This document shows positions 16,658 through 26,608 of a stretch of DNA of 64,000 nucleotides, piece after piece. The translations under genes were made by a program, and so were the position numbers. The stretch is from assembly GCA_964388775.1 (NCBI GenBank), contig CAYMBW010000001.1, positions 71,317-135,316 of the forward strand. Reading direction: 5' to 3'. The notes under the pieces are model-generated. The model was given only the letters and a program-made list of their open reading frames with translations, made no database searches and was not told the DNA's origin. Every line of letters starts with the position of its first letter. Within the stretch, counting starts at the first letter, position 1. Source of the DNA: an uncultured Candidatus Saccharibacteria bacterium (lineage in GTDB: Bacteria > Patescibacteriota > Minisyncoccia > Minisyncoccales > PEYH01).

Positions 16658-17776
16658 ATGACAGCTTTTTGGAAAGCGTTATCTGTTTTTGTTAGCACAA
16701 TTATAGGCGTGGGCATATTCGGTTTGCCCTGGGTCGCTTTTAAAAGCGGATTTTTTGTTTTAATCGGCTATTTTTTAATATTAGGGGCGATAGCCATGGT
16801 CGTTCATTTGACTCTGGGTAAAATTATTGTTGGGACAAAAGAGCAACATCGTTTTCCGGGATATGTTAAGCAATATTTGGGCAGAAAATGGGGGAGGGTT
16901 TCTTCTGTCTCAATGTGCGCAGGACTTTTCGGCGCCCAGTTAGCTTATTTGATAGTCGGCGGGGAATTTTTAGCCAATCTTTTAATCCCTTACTTTGGGG
17001 GAACCAGATTAATTTATATCTTGATTTTCTTTGCCATAGGAAGCATATTAATTTATAAAGATATCAAAAGTGTATCTTTCACGGAGTTTTTAATTTTATT
17101 TTTCTTCTTTGGCATCCTGACCTTTTTTGTCGTTAAGGCCGTGCCCCACATGAATCCTATCAATTTTTTGCAAACTAATTTTAAATATGTTTTTTATCCC
17201 TATGGAGTGATAATGTTTGCTTTGTGGGGCACGGCCATCTTGCCGGAAGTAAAAGAAATTTTAGGGAGAAATAAAAAAGATTTAAATAAGGTAATCCTTT
17301 GGGGGATATGTTTGTCAGTATTTGTTTATCTTGTTTTTATCGTGGCGATATTGGGAGCGAGCGGGACGATAACATCTGAGGACGCAATCTCTGGTTTTGG
17401 TTTGGCCTTGGGAGGCAATGTCGCGAAAATAGGGTTTATTTTCGGACTTCTTACTTGTTTTAGTTCGTATTTAACATTAGGGCTTACTCTGAAAAAGGTT
17501 TTTTGGTATGACCTCAAGTTATCGGAAAAATTTTCTTGGGGCATCGCTTCTTTTATCCCTATGGCATTGTTTGTTCTCGGTGCCAGGGAATTTATCAGCA
17601 TTATTGGCCTGACCGGCGCAGTGGCAGGGGGCATAGAGGGAATTACTATTGTCTTTGTTTATAGGAGTTTTTTAAAGAAAATGGCGGGGCGAAAAATGAG
17701 GCCCGCCTATTTTCTGCTGTCGATATTTTTTGTTTTGGGGATAATCGCGGAAATCTCTCATTTTTTCTGGGGATAG
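16658..17776 (+). CDS. Aromatic amino acid permease family transporter
   Basis: 'STIIGVGIFGLP'; many TM segments. Confidence 0.82.
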   Translation: MTAFWKALSVFVSTIIGVGIFGLPWVAFKSGFFVLIGYFLILGAIAMVVHLTLGKIIVGTKEQHRFPGYVKQYLGRKWGRVSSVSMCAGLFGAQLAYLIVGGEFLANLLIPYFGGTRLIYILIFFAIGSILIYKDIKSVSFTEFLILFFFFGILTFFVVKAVPHMNPINFLQTNFKYVFYPYGVIMFALWGTAILPEVKEILGRNKKDLNKVILWGICLSVFVYLVFIVAILGASGTITSEDAISGFGLALGGNVAKIGFIFGLLTCFSSYLTLGLTLKKVFWYDLKLSEKFSWGIASFIPMALFVLGAREFISIIGLTGAVAGGIEGITIVFVYRSFLKKMAGRKMRPAYFLLSIFFVLGIIAEISHFFWG

Positions 17777-17905
17777 CCATAATTTTTCAAGCGGTTGTTG
17801 CTCTACCGCTTTTTTTATTTTCGGACAAGCAACTTGACAAGGTGTTTTTAATGATTAAAATGAAAATGTAACATAGAATGTATCAAGGTTTATAAAAGTA
17901 AAACC

Positions 17906-18379
17906 ATGGACATAGAGAGAGAAATTTATCTTACAAAAGAGGGGCTGAGGAATCTTGAACAGGAGTATGAAGAGCTCAAGGCCATAAAAAGCCAGAGGAC
18001 AAAAGAAAATTCTCCTACCACTGCCGCTTCTTTGGAAATTGATTCTGAATACATATCATTTCAGGACGATTTGAATTTGTTAGAGTCAAGAATCGCTGAA
18101 TTGGAAACAATTTTAAAGAATCATAAATTAATAACAACGCCTGCCAAAGGCGTCCATAAAGAGGTTTTGTTGGGAGCAACGGTCATTGTGGAAGTAGAGG
18201 GACAGGAGGATGAATTTATGATAGTCGGCTTTTTGGAAGCGAATCCTATGCTCGGCAGAATCAGCAATGAGTCGCCGGTGGGTAGGGCCTTATTGGGGCG
18301 AAGAACCGGAGATGAAGTAAAAGTCCAGTCATCGGTCGCGACTGTTTATAAAATTAAAAAAATTACATATCGACTTTAG
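17906..18379 (+). CDS. greA: Transcription elongation factor GreA/GreB family
   Basis: 'YLTKEG', 'ISNESPVGRALLG'; TTGACA-16-TAAAAT promoter at 17834-17861. Confidence 0.88.
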   Translation: MDIEREIYLTKEGLRNLEQEYEELKAIKSQRTKENSPTTAASLEIDSEYISFQDDLNLLESRIAELETILKNHKLITTPAKGVHKEVLLGATVIVEVEGQEDEFMIVGFLEANPMLGRISNESPVGRALLGRRTGDEVKVQSSVATVYKIKKITYRL

Positions 18380-18421
18380 AATTAAACATAAAAGAGGGCT
18401 ATGCCCTCTTTTTAAAACTCA

Positions 18422-19768
18422 ATGAGTCCTTTGCTTGATTTTTTTATAAAACTTGGGAAATTAAAAACCAACAAAAGAAAAGGGTGGATTCTCTCCGGGA
18501 TAAAAAACCCGGCATCGACCGCTGACCATATTTTCAGAGCCGCTATTTTAGGTTGGGTTTTAAATAGTGTTAACGAGAAGAAAGCGCTTAATGACGCGAG
18601 AATTATTAAAAGCATTTTAATCCATCATTTAGCCGATATATATATCGGCGAGGAGACTCCCTATGACTCTCTTTGCCCCAAGGATATTGGTTCTGGAAAA
18701 GAGCAGGACATCATTCAAGAAATCCTTAAAAAATTGCCGCAGATTTCCGCCGGATTAGAGAAAAAAAGAGCGGTTCGAAGGCAGCAGCTTGAAGAGAAGA
18801 CTTTTCAGAGGATTGTGACCAAGCTGCCAAACGAAATTAAAAAAGAGCTGGAAGACCTATGGTCAGAGTTGAATAAAAGGAGGACCAATCTAAGTAAATT
18901 CGCTTGGGAGTCAGCCAAGTTGGAAAGCTATCTTCAGGCGTTGGAGTATTATAGAGCAGAAGGGAAGATTCAGTATAAATTATGGAGTAAATGGGTAAAA
19001 AAGAATTTGAAAGAATCATTTGTAATAAAATTCCGGAAAGAAATAGACAAATATTTGTTGGATAAGCATAGAAAATGCGGGAAAGACACCTTGTGCGAGC
19101 TGATTCATTTTTTGGCTGAAGTCGGCAAACTGAAATCGCTCAAAAGGACTGGTTGGATTTTGAGGCGGGTTAAGAAACCGGAAAGCGTTGCTCAACACAC
19201 TTTTCAAATGACAATAATGAGTTGGTTGCTGGGACAAGTGAAAGGACTGGATACCGATAGAATTGTTAAAATCGCTTTAGTCCACGATTTATGTGAGGTT
19301 TATGCCGGAGACCAAACCCCTTACGACCCCATATTGGTGGCAGACAAGGAAGTAGTGCGTAAGCTCCTTGAAAAAGCACCTAGAGTTCCCAGGGCCCAGC
19401 GAATGGAGTGGCTTTTCAAGAAGCGGGAAAAAGAATGGAAAGCAATAGTGGAAATTACTTCTAATCTCCCAAAAATTTTACAAAAAGAGATTATTAGTTT
19501 ATGGCTGGATTGTGAAGAGGGGCTGACCAAAGAAGGAAGATTTGTGTCGCAGGTGGATAAATTGGTCAATCTTTTTCAGGCTATTGAATATTGGAAAAAG
19601 GATAATAAGTTTCCAATTGAGGGCTGGTGGGTTTTTATAAAAGAAAGGGTAGACGACCCTTTGTTATTGAAATTTACCGATGAATTAGATAAAGAGTTTG
19701 CTATAGCAAACAGAATATCTAAAAAAAACAAAAAGTCCAAAAAGGCGAAGAGGCCAAGAAAAAAATAA
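18422..19768 (+). CDS. Tandem HD-domain protein (YfbR/HDDC2-like)
   Basis: Two homologous halves: 'KLKTNKRKGW...STADH' and 'KLKSLKRTGW...ESVAQH...VHDLCE...DKL'. Confidence 0.82.
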   Translation: MSPLLDFFIKLGKLKTNKRKGWILSGIKNPASTADHIFRAAILGWVLNSVNEKKALNDARIIKSILIHHLADIYIGEETPYDSLCPKDIGSGKEQDIIQEILKKLPQISAGLEKKRAVRRQQLEEKTFQRIVTKLPNEIKKELEDLWSELNKRRTNLSKFAWESAKLESYLQALEYYRAEGKIQYKLWSKWVKKNLKESFVIKFRKEIDKYLLDKHRKCGKDTLCELIHFLAEVGKLKSLKRTGWILRRVKKPESVAQHTFQMTIMSWLLGQVKGLDTDRIVKIALVHDLCEVYAGDQTPYDPILVADKEVVRKLLEKAPRVPRAQRMEWLFKKREKEWKAIVEITSNLPKILQKEIISLWLDCEEGLTKEGRFVSQVDKLVNLFQAIEYWKKDNKFPIEGWWVFIKERVDDPLLLKFTDELDKEFAIANRISKKNKKSKKAKRPRKK

Positions 19769-19852
19769 ATTTACCATAGACATCTTTAAAAGCCCGAGCC
19801 AGGGCTTTTTGCTTTTTAGAAAACAAAGAGATGTGATAAAATAAGATTGATT

Positions 19853-20839
19853 ATGATTAATCAGGAATTGGCAAACATTTTTTACGAAATTGGATATTTT
19901 CTTGAAATGGAAGAAGCGGCTTTCAGGCCTCAGGCCTATGAAAAGGCAGCGATTGTTTTGGAGAGCACAAAAGAGAGTGTGCGCGATATCTATAAAAAAG
20001 GCGGAATCAAAGCGCTTATTGCGATGCCCGGAGTCGGCGAAAGCATTGCGAAAAAAATTGAGGAGTATCTTCAAACAGGAGAAATCCAATATTATGAAAA
20101 GTGGAAGAAGAAAGTGCCGGTTGATATTGAAGGACTAATGGCAATAGAGGGAGTGGGGCCAAAGACAATTCGGGTTTTATACGATGAACTCGGAATCACT
20201 AATATAAAAGAGTTGGAGCTGGCAGCGATGAACCATAAAATTTCTCCCCTTTTTGGATTTGGCGCCAAAAAAGAAAAAAATATTTTGCAAAACATTGTTT
20301 TTTTAAAGGCGACAAGAGAAAAATTTCCTTTTGAAAGAATTTTTCCCACAGCAAGAGACATCAAAACCAAATTAAACTCCTTAAAAGAGGTGAAGAAAGT
20401 TGATTTGGCCGGGTCATTGCGCCGAAGAGAGGATATGGTTGGCGATATTGACATTTTAGCAATAACTTCATGCCCGGAAAAAGTGGTGTCCTTTTTTGTT
20501 GGCTTGCCGGAGGTGATGAAGATTTGGGGCAAGGGCAAGACCAAGGCATCCGTCCGTTTGAAGCAGGGCATAGACGCGGACTTGAGAGTGGTGCCGGAGA
20601 TTAGCTATGGCGCGGCTCTTCAATATTTTACCGGTTCTAAAGAACATAATGTGGCTTTAAGAAAAATAGCCATTGAAAAAGGAATGAAACTTAATGAATA
20701 CGGGCTTTTTAAGGGGAAAAGAAGGATTGCCGGACAGAAAGAAAAAGATATTTATACAGCCCTTGGCGTCAAGTGGATTTTGCCTGAATTAAGGAAAGGC
20801 AAAAAAGAGATTGAATTTTTGATTGACGACAAGAGGTAG
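19853..20839 (+). CDS. polX: Family X DNA polymerase lacking a PHP domain
   Basis: 'AGSLRR', 'GDIDIL', 'ADLR', 'YFTGSKEHN', 'LNEYGL'; ends after the thumb. Confidence 0.88.
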   Translation: MINQELANIFYEIGYFLEMEEAAFRPQAYEKAAIVLESTKESVRDIYKKGGIKALIAMPGVGESIAKKIEEYLQTGEIQYYEKWKKKVPVDIEGLMAIEGVGPKTIRVLYDELGITNIKELELAAMNHKISPLFGFGAKKEKNILQNIVFLKATREKFPFERIFPTARDIKTKLNSLKEVKKVDLAGSLRRREDMVGDIDILAITSCPEKVVSFFVGLPEVMKIWGKGKTKASVRLKQGIDADLRVVPEISYGAALQYFTGSKEHNVALRKIAIEKGMKLNEYGLFKGKRRIAGQKEKDIYTALGVKWILPELRKGKKEIEFLIDDKR

Positions 20840-20904
20840 CATTATCTGCGAGATTTTGTTATTATTAACAAAGGTTTAATAATTAATAATTAATAACTGA
20901 TAAT

Positions 20905-23172
20905 ATGAATCAAAAATACGCAAAAATTTCAATAGTTTCTCTCTTTTTGCTGTCTTTTGCTTTTGGCGCTTCAGCCCTGACCGCTGAATCTTCTTGCGGG
21001 TCCTTATACGAAATGCATATGAAGATTATTGATAGATACGATAGCGACCAAAACAAAAAAATATCTTTACAAGAATCATATAGTGCCGTATCCGCTTGGT
21101 TTGATTCTGTTTGGACTGATGCGGATTTATTGGGATTATTAAAATTTGCTAGGCAGGAATGCGTTATTCCCTCTATTGAGAATGACCCGGCGTCTGGGAC
21201 GCTTTCCGCTTCCGCTACCCAAGTAAATGTCGGAGAAACAATTATACTGACAGTAATTGGCAAAGACAACGACGGTCTGCAAAATCTGTGGGTCTATTAT
21301 CAAGGGAGTTGGCATAATAAACCAACGCAAGGGACAATTGCCACTACCACATTTTCTTTTTCAGAGCCAAAGGCAGGAACTTATATTTATAAAGGGTATA
21401 TATATGGAAGTCAGCCGAGTGGAGTGAAAGAAACCGCCTGGACCATTCCCCAAGAGGTAAGGGTAACAGTTTTGCCAGCAGCAGTTATTGATTGCCACTA
21501 TTATTATTGGTTTGACAGCGATACAACCGCTTGTGGCTATAAGCAATTTTGCGGCGAGTTTATGTATTATGGATTAAGAACTTTTTCCACCCAGCAAGAG
21601 TGCGAACAGGCATTGCCAGTAAATCCTTCTCAAAATGACCCGGTTTCCGGAACATTATCTGTTTCATCTGCGACAGTAGAGCCGGGAGACAATATTATTC
21701 TGACTATTACAGGGCAGGACGATAATGGATTGTATGCCCTTTTGACCTATTATCAAGGGGAATGGCACCAAAAATTAATTCAAGGAACGGCTGCTGACGC
21801 AACCTTTACTTTTTCCGAGTCCCAAGAGGGAGTTTACACCTATTTAGGGTATGTTTATGGCAAGACGGCTAACAATAATTTGGAGTTTGGCTGGACTGAG
21901 CCGAAGATGCTAAGTGTTACGGTTCGCAAGAAACCGACAGAAGGCCCGGATTTGATTATCTCCTCGGTGAGCACAAACCCGGTTTCTCTTACTTCGTCAG
22001 ACGAGGTTGATTTCAAGGTGATTATTAAGAATATCGGTTCAGAGCGAATGCCGGTGGTGGATGGAGGAATTATAACAAAAATTTCCTCTTCTTCTATGGT
22101 AGATTCGGGTTATAGAATTTGTGACGCTATGACAACTCGCTTAGGAGCGGGAGAAAGCGCGACCATAGATTGTCCGATTGTGCAAACTCTTTCTGTTGGT
22201 ACTCATAACTTTACATTTTCAACAGATGACGGAAACAGGTTGTCAGAGGCCAACGAAAACAATAACGGAAAAACAATTTCCCTAACAGTGGGACAGACCT
22301 CAACTCTTTCAGTCAATCTTACTGCCTCTCCTTCTTCCGGTGTCGTTCCTTTGACCGTGGTAGAGCTAAAAGCTACTGCGTCAGGGACAGCAGTTGGAGA
22401 TACCACTTTCCGGTTTGATTGTACTAACGATGGAGTTTGGGATGGAACATATTCCAATCGTCCAGAAGCCAGTCGCTATCATTATTGCGACTATTTTCAA
22501 GCCGGCGCATACACTGCAAAAGTTCGGGTTGAAGCAGGAGGACTAACAGCTCAAGATACGGCAACCATAATAGTTTCTGCAACAGGAACAGGGCAAAGCG
22601 ACCCGATATCAGGAATATTCTCTACAAGCGCGGCAAGTGTTGCGGAAGGAGAATTCTTCACTCTCAAAGTAGTGGCGCAGGATGACCAGGGAGTGGATAA
22701 AATTAAGATTTATTACAAGGGTTCGTGGCATACTTTTGATTGTGGAAGACAGACATCCTGCACTAAGAGTTATGAACTATATGAGTCAACGGCCGGGGCC
22801 TATACATACTATGCTAAGGTTTATGGGTACGATTTAAGCGGGAATTCAGAGAATAATGATGCCAGCCCGAATTATCTAAGAGTTACAGTAACAACGCCAG
22901 TTGTTGCTACTTGTACGGACTCTGATGGAGGGGCGAATTATTCTGTTAAGGGCAGTTCATCCTCAACCGTTTCTGGGGTTGAAGGGAGAGTCGATTGTTG
23001 CAAATTAGAATATTCAACCTATATGGGTGATTCAGTTAATCATATTGGTACAGGAGGAGGAGCTTGTGTAACAAGCGGTCCCTATCTCTATGAAGCGATT
23101 TGTCAGAACGGAGTGCCTTATACCACGGTATATACTTGTCCCTGGGGTTGCCAAGATGGCATTTGCAAGTAA
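20905..23172 (+). CDS. Secreted/surface protein with three Ig-like repeats, CARDB- and PKD-like domains and a Cys-rich tail
   Basis: Signal peptide; repeats begin 'NDPASGTLS', 'NDPVSGTLS', 'SDPISGIFS'; 'PDL...EANENNN'; 'CTDSDGG'. Confidence 0.75.
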   Translation: MNQKYAKISIVSLFLLSFAFGASALTAESSCGSLYEMHMKIIDRYDSDQNKKISLQESYSAVSAWFDSVWTDADLLGLLKFARQECVIPSIENDPASGTLSASATQVNVGETIILTVIGKDNDGLQNLWVYYQGSWHNKPTQGTIATTTFSFSEPKAGTYIYKGYIYGSQPSGVKETAWTIPQEVRVTVLPAAVIDCHYYYWFDSDTTACGYKQFCGEFMYYGLRTFSTQQECEQALPVNPSQNDPVSGTLSVSSATVEPGDNIILTITGQDDNGLYALLTYYQGEWHQKLIQGTAADATFTFSESQEGVYTYLGYVYGKTANNNLEFGWTEPKMLSVTVRKKPTEGPDLIISSVSTNPVSLTSSDEVDFKVIIKNIGSERMPVVDGGIITKISSSSMVDSGYRICDAMTTRLGAGESATIDCPIVQTLSVGTHNFTFSTDDGNRLSEANENNNGKTISLTVGQTSTLSVNLTASPSSGVVPLTVVELKATASGTAVGDTTFRFDCTNDGVWDGTYSNRPEASRYHYCDYFQAGAYTAKVRVEAGGLTAQDTATIIVSATGTGQSDPISGIFSTSAASVAEGEFFTLKVVAQDDQGVDKIKIYYKGSWHTFDCGRQTSCTKSYELYESTAGAYTYYAKVYGYDLSGNSENNDASPNYLRVTVTTPVVATCTDSDGGANYSVKGSSSSTVSGVEGRVDCCKLEYSTYMGDSVNHIGTGGGACVTSGPYLYEAICQNGVPYTTVYTCPWGCQDGICK

Positions 23173-23266
23173 TTTGACGATGAAAATTCTTTTTCGCAAG
23201 AGAGTTTATCGGGCGGAAAAAATATTTCTCCCGGAAAAACTTCTTAAAAAAGAGGGAGTGCTTTAA

Positions 23267-23306
23267 AAAACTCAAAAACCCGCTTCAAGCGGGTTTTTGA
23301 GTTTTC
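23267..23306. terminator. Bidirectional terminator between convergent genes
   Basis: AAAACTCAAAAACCCGCT-TCA-AGCGGGTTTTTGAGTTTT. Confidence 0.8.
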
Positions 23307-23385
23307 AGTAGTTAGTAATCAACAATCAATAGTTAATAATCAATCGCCCATGGCGGGCAAGTAATTAATGATTAGTGATAAATGA

Positions 23386-23733
23386 TTATTTGACCGCTTC
23401 TTTTACAATCTCTTCAAATATTTTTGGTTGTTCTTGGGCCAATTGGGCCAAAATTTTTCTGTCTATTGCGATATTTTTCTTCTTCAAGGCGCCCATTAGC
23501 TTACTGTAGGAAATATTTTGTTTTCTGGAACCGGCATTAATCTGGACTTGCCATAGTTGTCTTTTCTCCCGTTTTCTCACTTTTCTATCTCTGTAATTAT
23601 AAGCCAGGGCATGGAACAATGCTTCTTTGGCTAAGGTATATCTGTTTTTTCTGCCCCAACGGAATCCCTTGGTTTGTTCTAATAGTTTTTTTCTGCGTTT
23701 GTGGGCTGTTGTCCCTCGTTTTACTCTTACCAT
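23386..23733 (-). CDS. rplT: 50S ribosomal protein L20
   Basis: 'MVRVKRG...YRDRK...RQLW...IDRKILAQLA'. Confidence 0.96.
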   Translation of the reverse strand: MVRVKRGTTAHKRRKKLLEQTKGFRWGRKNRYTLAKEALFHALAYNYRDRKVRKREKRQLWQVQINAGSRKQNISYSKLMGALKKKNIAIDRKILAQLAQEQPKIFEEIVKEAVK

Positions 23734-23734
23734 A

Positions 23735-23956
23735 TTATATAGACATCAATTTTTTAATTTTTTTGGACTCGGACTTTGGCAATTCCACCCATTTTCTTTT
23801 CTCCTGTATTATTTTCCCTGATTTCTTTGACCGAAAATGATTCTGCCCGGTTGCTTTGCGTAAAAGTTTTCCGCTTTTGGTTAGTTTAAATCTTTTGGTC
23901 AACGACTTTTTTGTCTTCGCCTTTCTTGTCTTCGTTTTTTTTGTCTTCTGCGACAT
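23735..23956 (-). CDS. rpmI: 50S ribosomal protein L35
   Basis: 'KTKKSLTKRFKLTKSGK...GQNH'; between infC and rplT. Confidence 0.92.
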   Translation of the reverse strand: MSQKTKKTKTRKAKTKKSLTKRFKLTKSGKLLRKATGQNHFRSKKSGKIIQEKRKWVELPKSESKKIKKLMSI

Positions 23957-24470
23957 TTTTTTGTCCTCGTTTAATAATAAGAATTAATATATTTGGTAAT
24001 CTCCTGGGCGGCTGTTCGGTTTCTATCGGGACTTGGTTGCCCAATATCTCCACAAATTTTTTTATCTGTTCTTCGGCGTGTTGCCGCAGCGCTCTTTCTC
24101 GTCCCCTTAATCGCAATTCTATCTTAATTTTGTTTCCCTGTTTCAGAAATTTGTACGCTTGATTTGCCTTGGTTTCTATATCGTGGATAGAAGTATTAAA
24201 TTTTATCCTTACTCCCTTAATCTCTCCGCCCTTTTGGCGGGATTGCTTTTTTTCTTTCTTTTTTAATTGATAAAGATATTTTCCATGGTCGCCGAGCTTG
24301 CATATCGGGGGAGAGGCCTTGTCAGTGACCTGTATTAAATCTAAACCGCGCTCGGAAGACATTTTGAGCGCTTGTTCCAGGGATACTATTCCTACCTGTT
24401 TATCGTCTTCGTCAATCAATCTTACCTCTTTTGCTTTTATTTGATGATTTAATAAGGGTTTGTGCAGAAT
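23886..24470 (-). CDS. infC: Translation initiation factor IF-3 (probable ATT start)
   Basis: In-frame ATT at 24470 gives 'LHKPLLNHQIKAKEVRLIDE...LDLIQV...PPICK'; an ATT start is typical for infC. Confidence 0.92.
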   Translation of the reverse strand: MLHKPLLNHQIKAKEVRLIDEDDKQVGIVSLEQALKMSSERGLDLIQVTDKASPPICKLGDHGKYLYQLKKKEKKQSRQKGGEIKGVRIKFNTSIHDIETKANQAYKFLKQGNKIKIELRLRGRERALRQHAEEQIKKFVEILGNQVPIETEQPPRRLPNILILIIKRGQKNVAEDKKNEDKKGEDKKVVDQKI

Positions 24471-24493
24471 ACTTTTATAATTATTTATTTTAG

Positions 24494-24870
24494 TGGAGAT
24501 GGCGGGATTTGAACCCGCGTATGGGAAGGCGTTTGAATTGTTTCTACAAGCTTACCTTGATTAATGTTGTCGGTCAGAGGCCTTGAATCAAGGGAAACAG
24601 CTTCTGGCTTAGGCCTAATTTTGGCAATTCTTTTCGGCCAACGAAGAATCGCTTATCTCGATAAATTACACCCGTTTTGCTTATCGAGAGTCCGCAAAAC
24701 AGATGGGCGTTGATTATTGCTAATCAAGCGCCGACCGTGGCGTTATGCATAAGCATAAGCCGGTCTTTGAAATAAGTTGGCACTTATTTGATTCTTGGAA
24801 GTTTAGCCAGATTCCAAGAGCTGGGCTTGCGCAATTCATCAGCTGTTTCCTATCGATGCCTTTCACCCCC
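24494..24870 (-). ncRNA. ssrA: tmRNA; tag reading frame 24781-24743 encodes ANLFQRPAYAYA*
   Basis: 5' GGGGGTGAAAGGCATCGA, 3' GCGGGTTCAAATCCCGCCATCTCCA with a G3:U pair; resume context AATAAGT-GCC; adjacent to smpB. Confidence 0.93.
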
Positions 24871-25315
24871 ATTCTTTAAGCTCTCTTCTGATGTCTTTTT
24901 CCGTTGCTCTTTTTTTAAGGATATCTCTTTTGTCAAATTTGCTTTTATGTTTGGCAATTGCTATTTCAATCTTTATTTTTCCGTGCTTAGTATACATTTT
25001 TAAAGGCACCAATGTCAAGCCCTTTTGCGCTGATTTCCCTATCAGATGCTTGATTTCCGATTTATTTAACAGTAACTTTCTGGTTCTTCTTTCGTTGTAA
25101 TTATTAGGAGTGTTGTTTGGCTGATAAGGAGGGACGCTGGCATTAAGGAGATAGGGGTCCTCGTCTTTGAAAACCACAAAAGCTCCCTGCAGGTTGGCCC
25201 TGCCGAGCTTGATTGATTTTACTTCAAAGCCGTTTAAGACAATACCCGCCTCAAATTTTTCAATAGGGAGGTAGTCAAAAAAGGCCTTTTTGTTTTCTGC
25301 TAAATTCTTTGCCAT
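24863..25315 (-). CDS. smpB: SsrA-binding protein
   Basis: 'NKKAFFDY...EAGIVLNGFEVKSIK...RKLLL...DKR'. Confidence 0.96.
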   Translation of the reverse strand: MAKNLAENKKAFFDYLPIEKFEAGIVLNGFEVKSIKLGRANLQGAFVVFKDEDPYLLNASVPPYQPNNTPNNYNERRTRKLLLNKSEIKHLIGKSAQKGLTLVPLKMYTKHGKIKIEIAIAKHKSKFDKRDILKKRATEKDIRRELKEWG

Positions 25316-25419
25316 TGTTTTATGGTATCATAAACAAGCGAAATAGTAAGGGGAATGGAAAAATATTAATTGGAAAAGGTCGGGAAGATACAATCATTAA
25401 TCATTAAATATTTTTTAAT

Positions 25420-26229
25420 ATGGAGGATACAAAACAATTTTTTCATCACCGACATCCCAAAGGGATTTTGAGAGGAGTTTTAGTTTTATTTCTACTCGCT
25501 TTGACCATTTCCGTGTCGGTGGGAATTTCTAATCAAATAAAGACAGGCAGATATATTGGTCAGGATGTGGTTTCAAGAAATACTGTTTCTGTCAGTGGAA
25601 CAGGGGAAATATATGCTAAACCGGATTTGGCGATTACCGCTTTTTCAGTAAAAACAGAAGCCAAAACAGTAGAAGGGGCGATGTCGGACAATACCAAAAA
25701 AATGAATGCCGTTATTGAGGCGATGAAAGGTGCCGGGGTTGAAGAAAAAGACCTGAAGACAACTAATTTTAATATTTCTCCGAGATATGAATATGTGACT
25801 GATTATTCTGTTGACTATTGGCCAAAACCACAAAAAAGAGTTTTAACAGGATATGAAATTACTCAATCAATTGAAGTCAAGATAAGAGATATGGCCAAAA
25901 TTGGAGATATTATTCAAAAAGCGGTTGATGCCGGGGCCAATCAGGCAGGAGGGCTTCAGTTCACTTTTGATGACCCGGATGGCTTGAAGAATCAAGCGCG
26001 AGAAGAAGCGATTAAGGAAGCAAAAGAAAAAGCAGAATTATTGGCAAAACAGCTTGGCGTGAAATTAACCAAGATAACCAATTTTAGCGAAGGGGGTTAT
26101 TATCCGCCGGTTTATTATGATAACGCAATAAGCGCTAAGGCAATGGGCGAAGCGGAAGCTGCCCCGCAGATAGAAACAGGAGAGAATAAAATCACGGTGA
26201 ATATAACCATCACCTACGAAATAAATTAA
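25420..26229 (+). CDS. SIMPL (DUF541) domain protein
   Basis: N-terminal TM; 'VSVSGTG..AKPD', 'AREEAIKEAKEKAELLA'. Confidence 0.88.
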   Translation: MEDTKQFFHHRHPKGILRGVLVLFLLALTISVSVGISNQIKTGRYIGQDVVSRNTVSVSGTGEIYAKPDLAITAFSVKTEAKTVEGAMSDNTKKMNAVIEAMKGAGVEEKDLKTTNFNISPRYEYVTDYSVDYWPKPQKRVLTGYEITQSIEVKIRDMAKIGDIIQKAVDAGANQAGGLQFTFDDPDGLKNQAREEAIKEAKEKAELLAKQLGVKLTKITNFSEGGYYPPVYYDNAISAKAMGEAEAAPQIETGENKITVNITITYEIN

Positions 26230-26275
26230 GCTCTGTTAGTTCTGTTAGGGTCAGACCCTAACAGAACAGATAACA

Positions 26276-26316
26276 TTTGCCAAAATTACGAGGCCCGGCC
26301 TCGTAATTTTGGCAAA
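26276..26316. repeat. REP-like palindrome with core TACGAGGCCCGGCCTCGTA (further copies 26352-26370 and 58690-58718)
   Basis: 19-bp perfect stem with CCG loop; identical core at three sites. Confidence 0.85.
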
Positions 26317-26479
26317 ACGCCGGAACCCACGTCAGTGTTGAGGATTCTCACTACGAGGCCCGGCCTCGTAATTTTTTGGAAAAAGTTATCCACAGGGCAG
26401 AGAGGATTGAAATGCGAATAGTTGACAAAGATTTTCAAGCAGAGTTATAATTAACTTAGTTATAATTAATCATAAAAAT

Positions 26480-26608
26480 ATGGATTTTAAAAAAGCTTTA
26501 ACAGGTGGTTATGGGCCAGATGACGAATATAGAGGAGATGTTTCGGGGAGAGGAGAAAGCACTCTTAGCAGAGGAGATTTTTCGGGGAGAGGAGAGCGAG
26601 GGATTTAA
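26480..26608 (+). CDS. Small 42-aa peptide with an internal repeat (RGDxSGRGE x2)
   Basis: Own TTGACA-18-TATAAT promoter (26422-26451) and terminator (26636-26660). Confidence 0.5.
   Translation: MDFKKALTGGYGPDDEYRGDVSGRGESTLSRGDFSGRGERGI

Noticed and set aside
26386-26394. oriC at the DnaA box
   Set aside because: A single perfect box, with no cluster and no dnaA/dnaN nearby.
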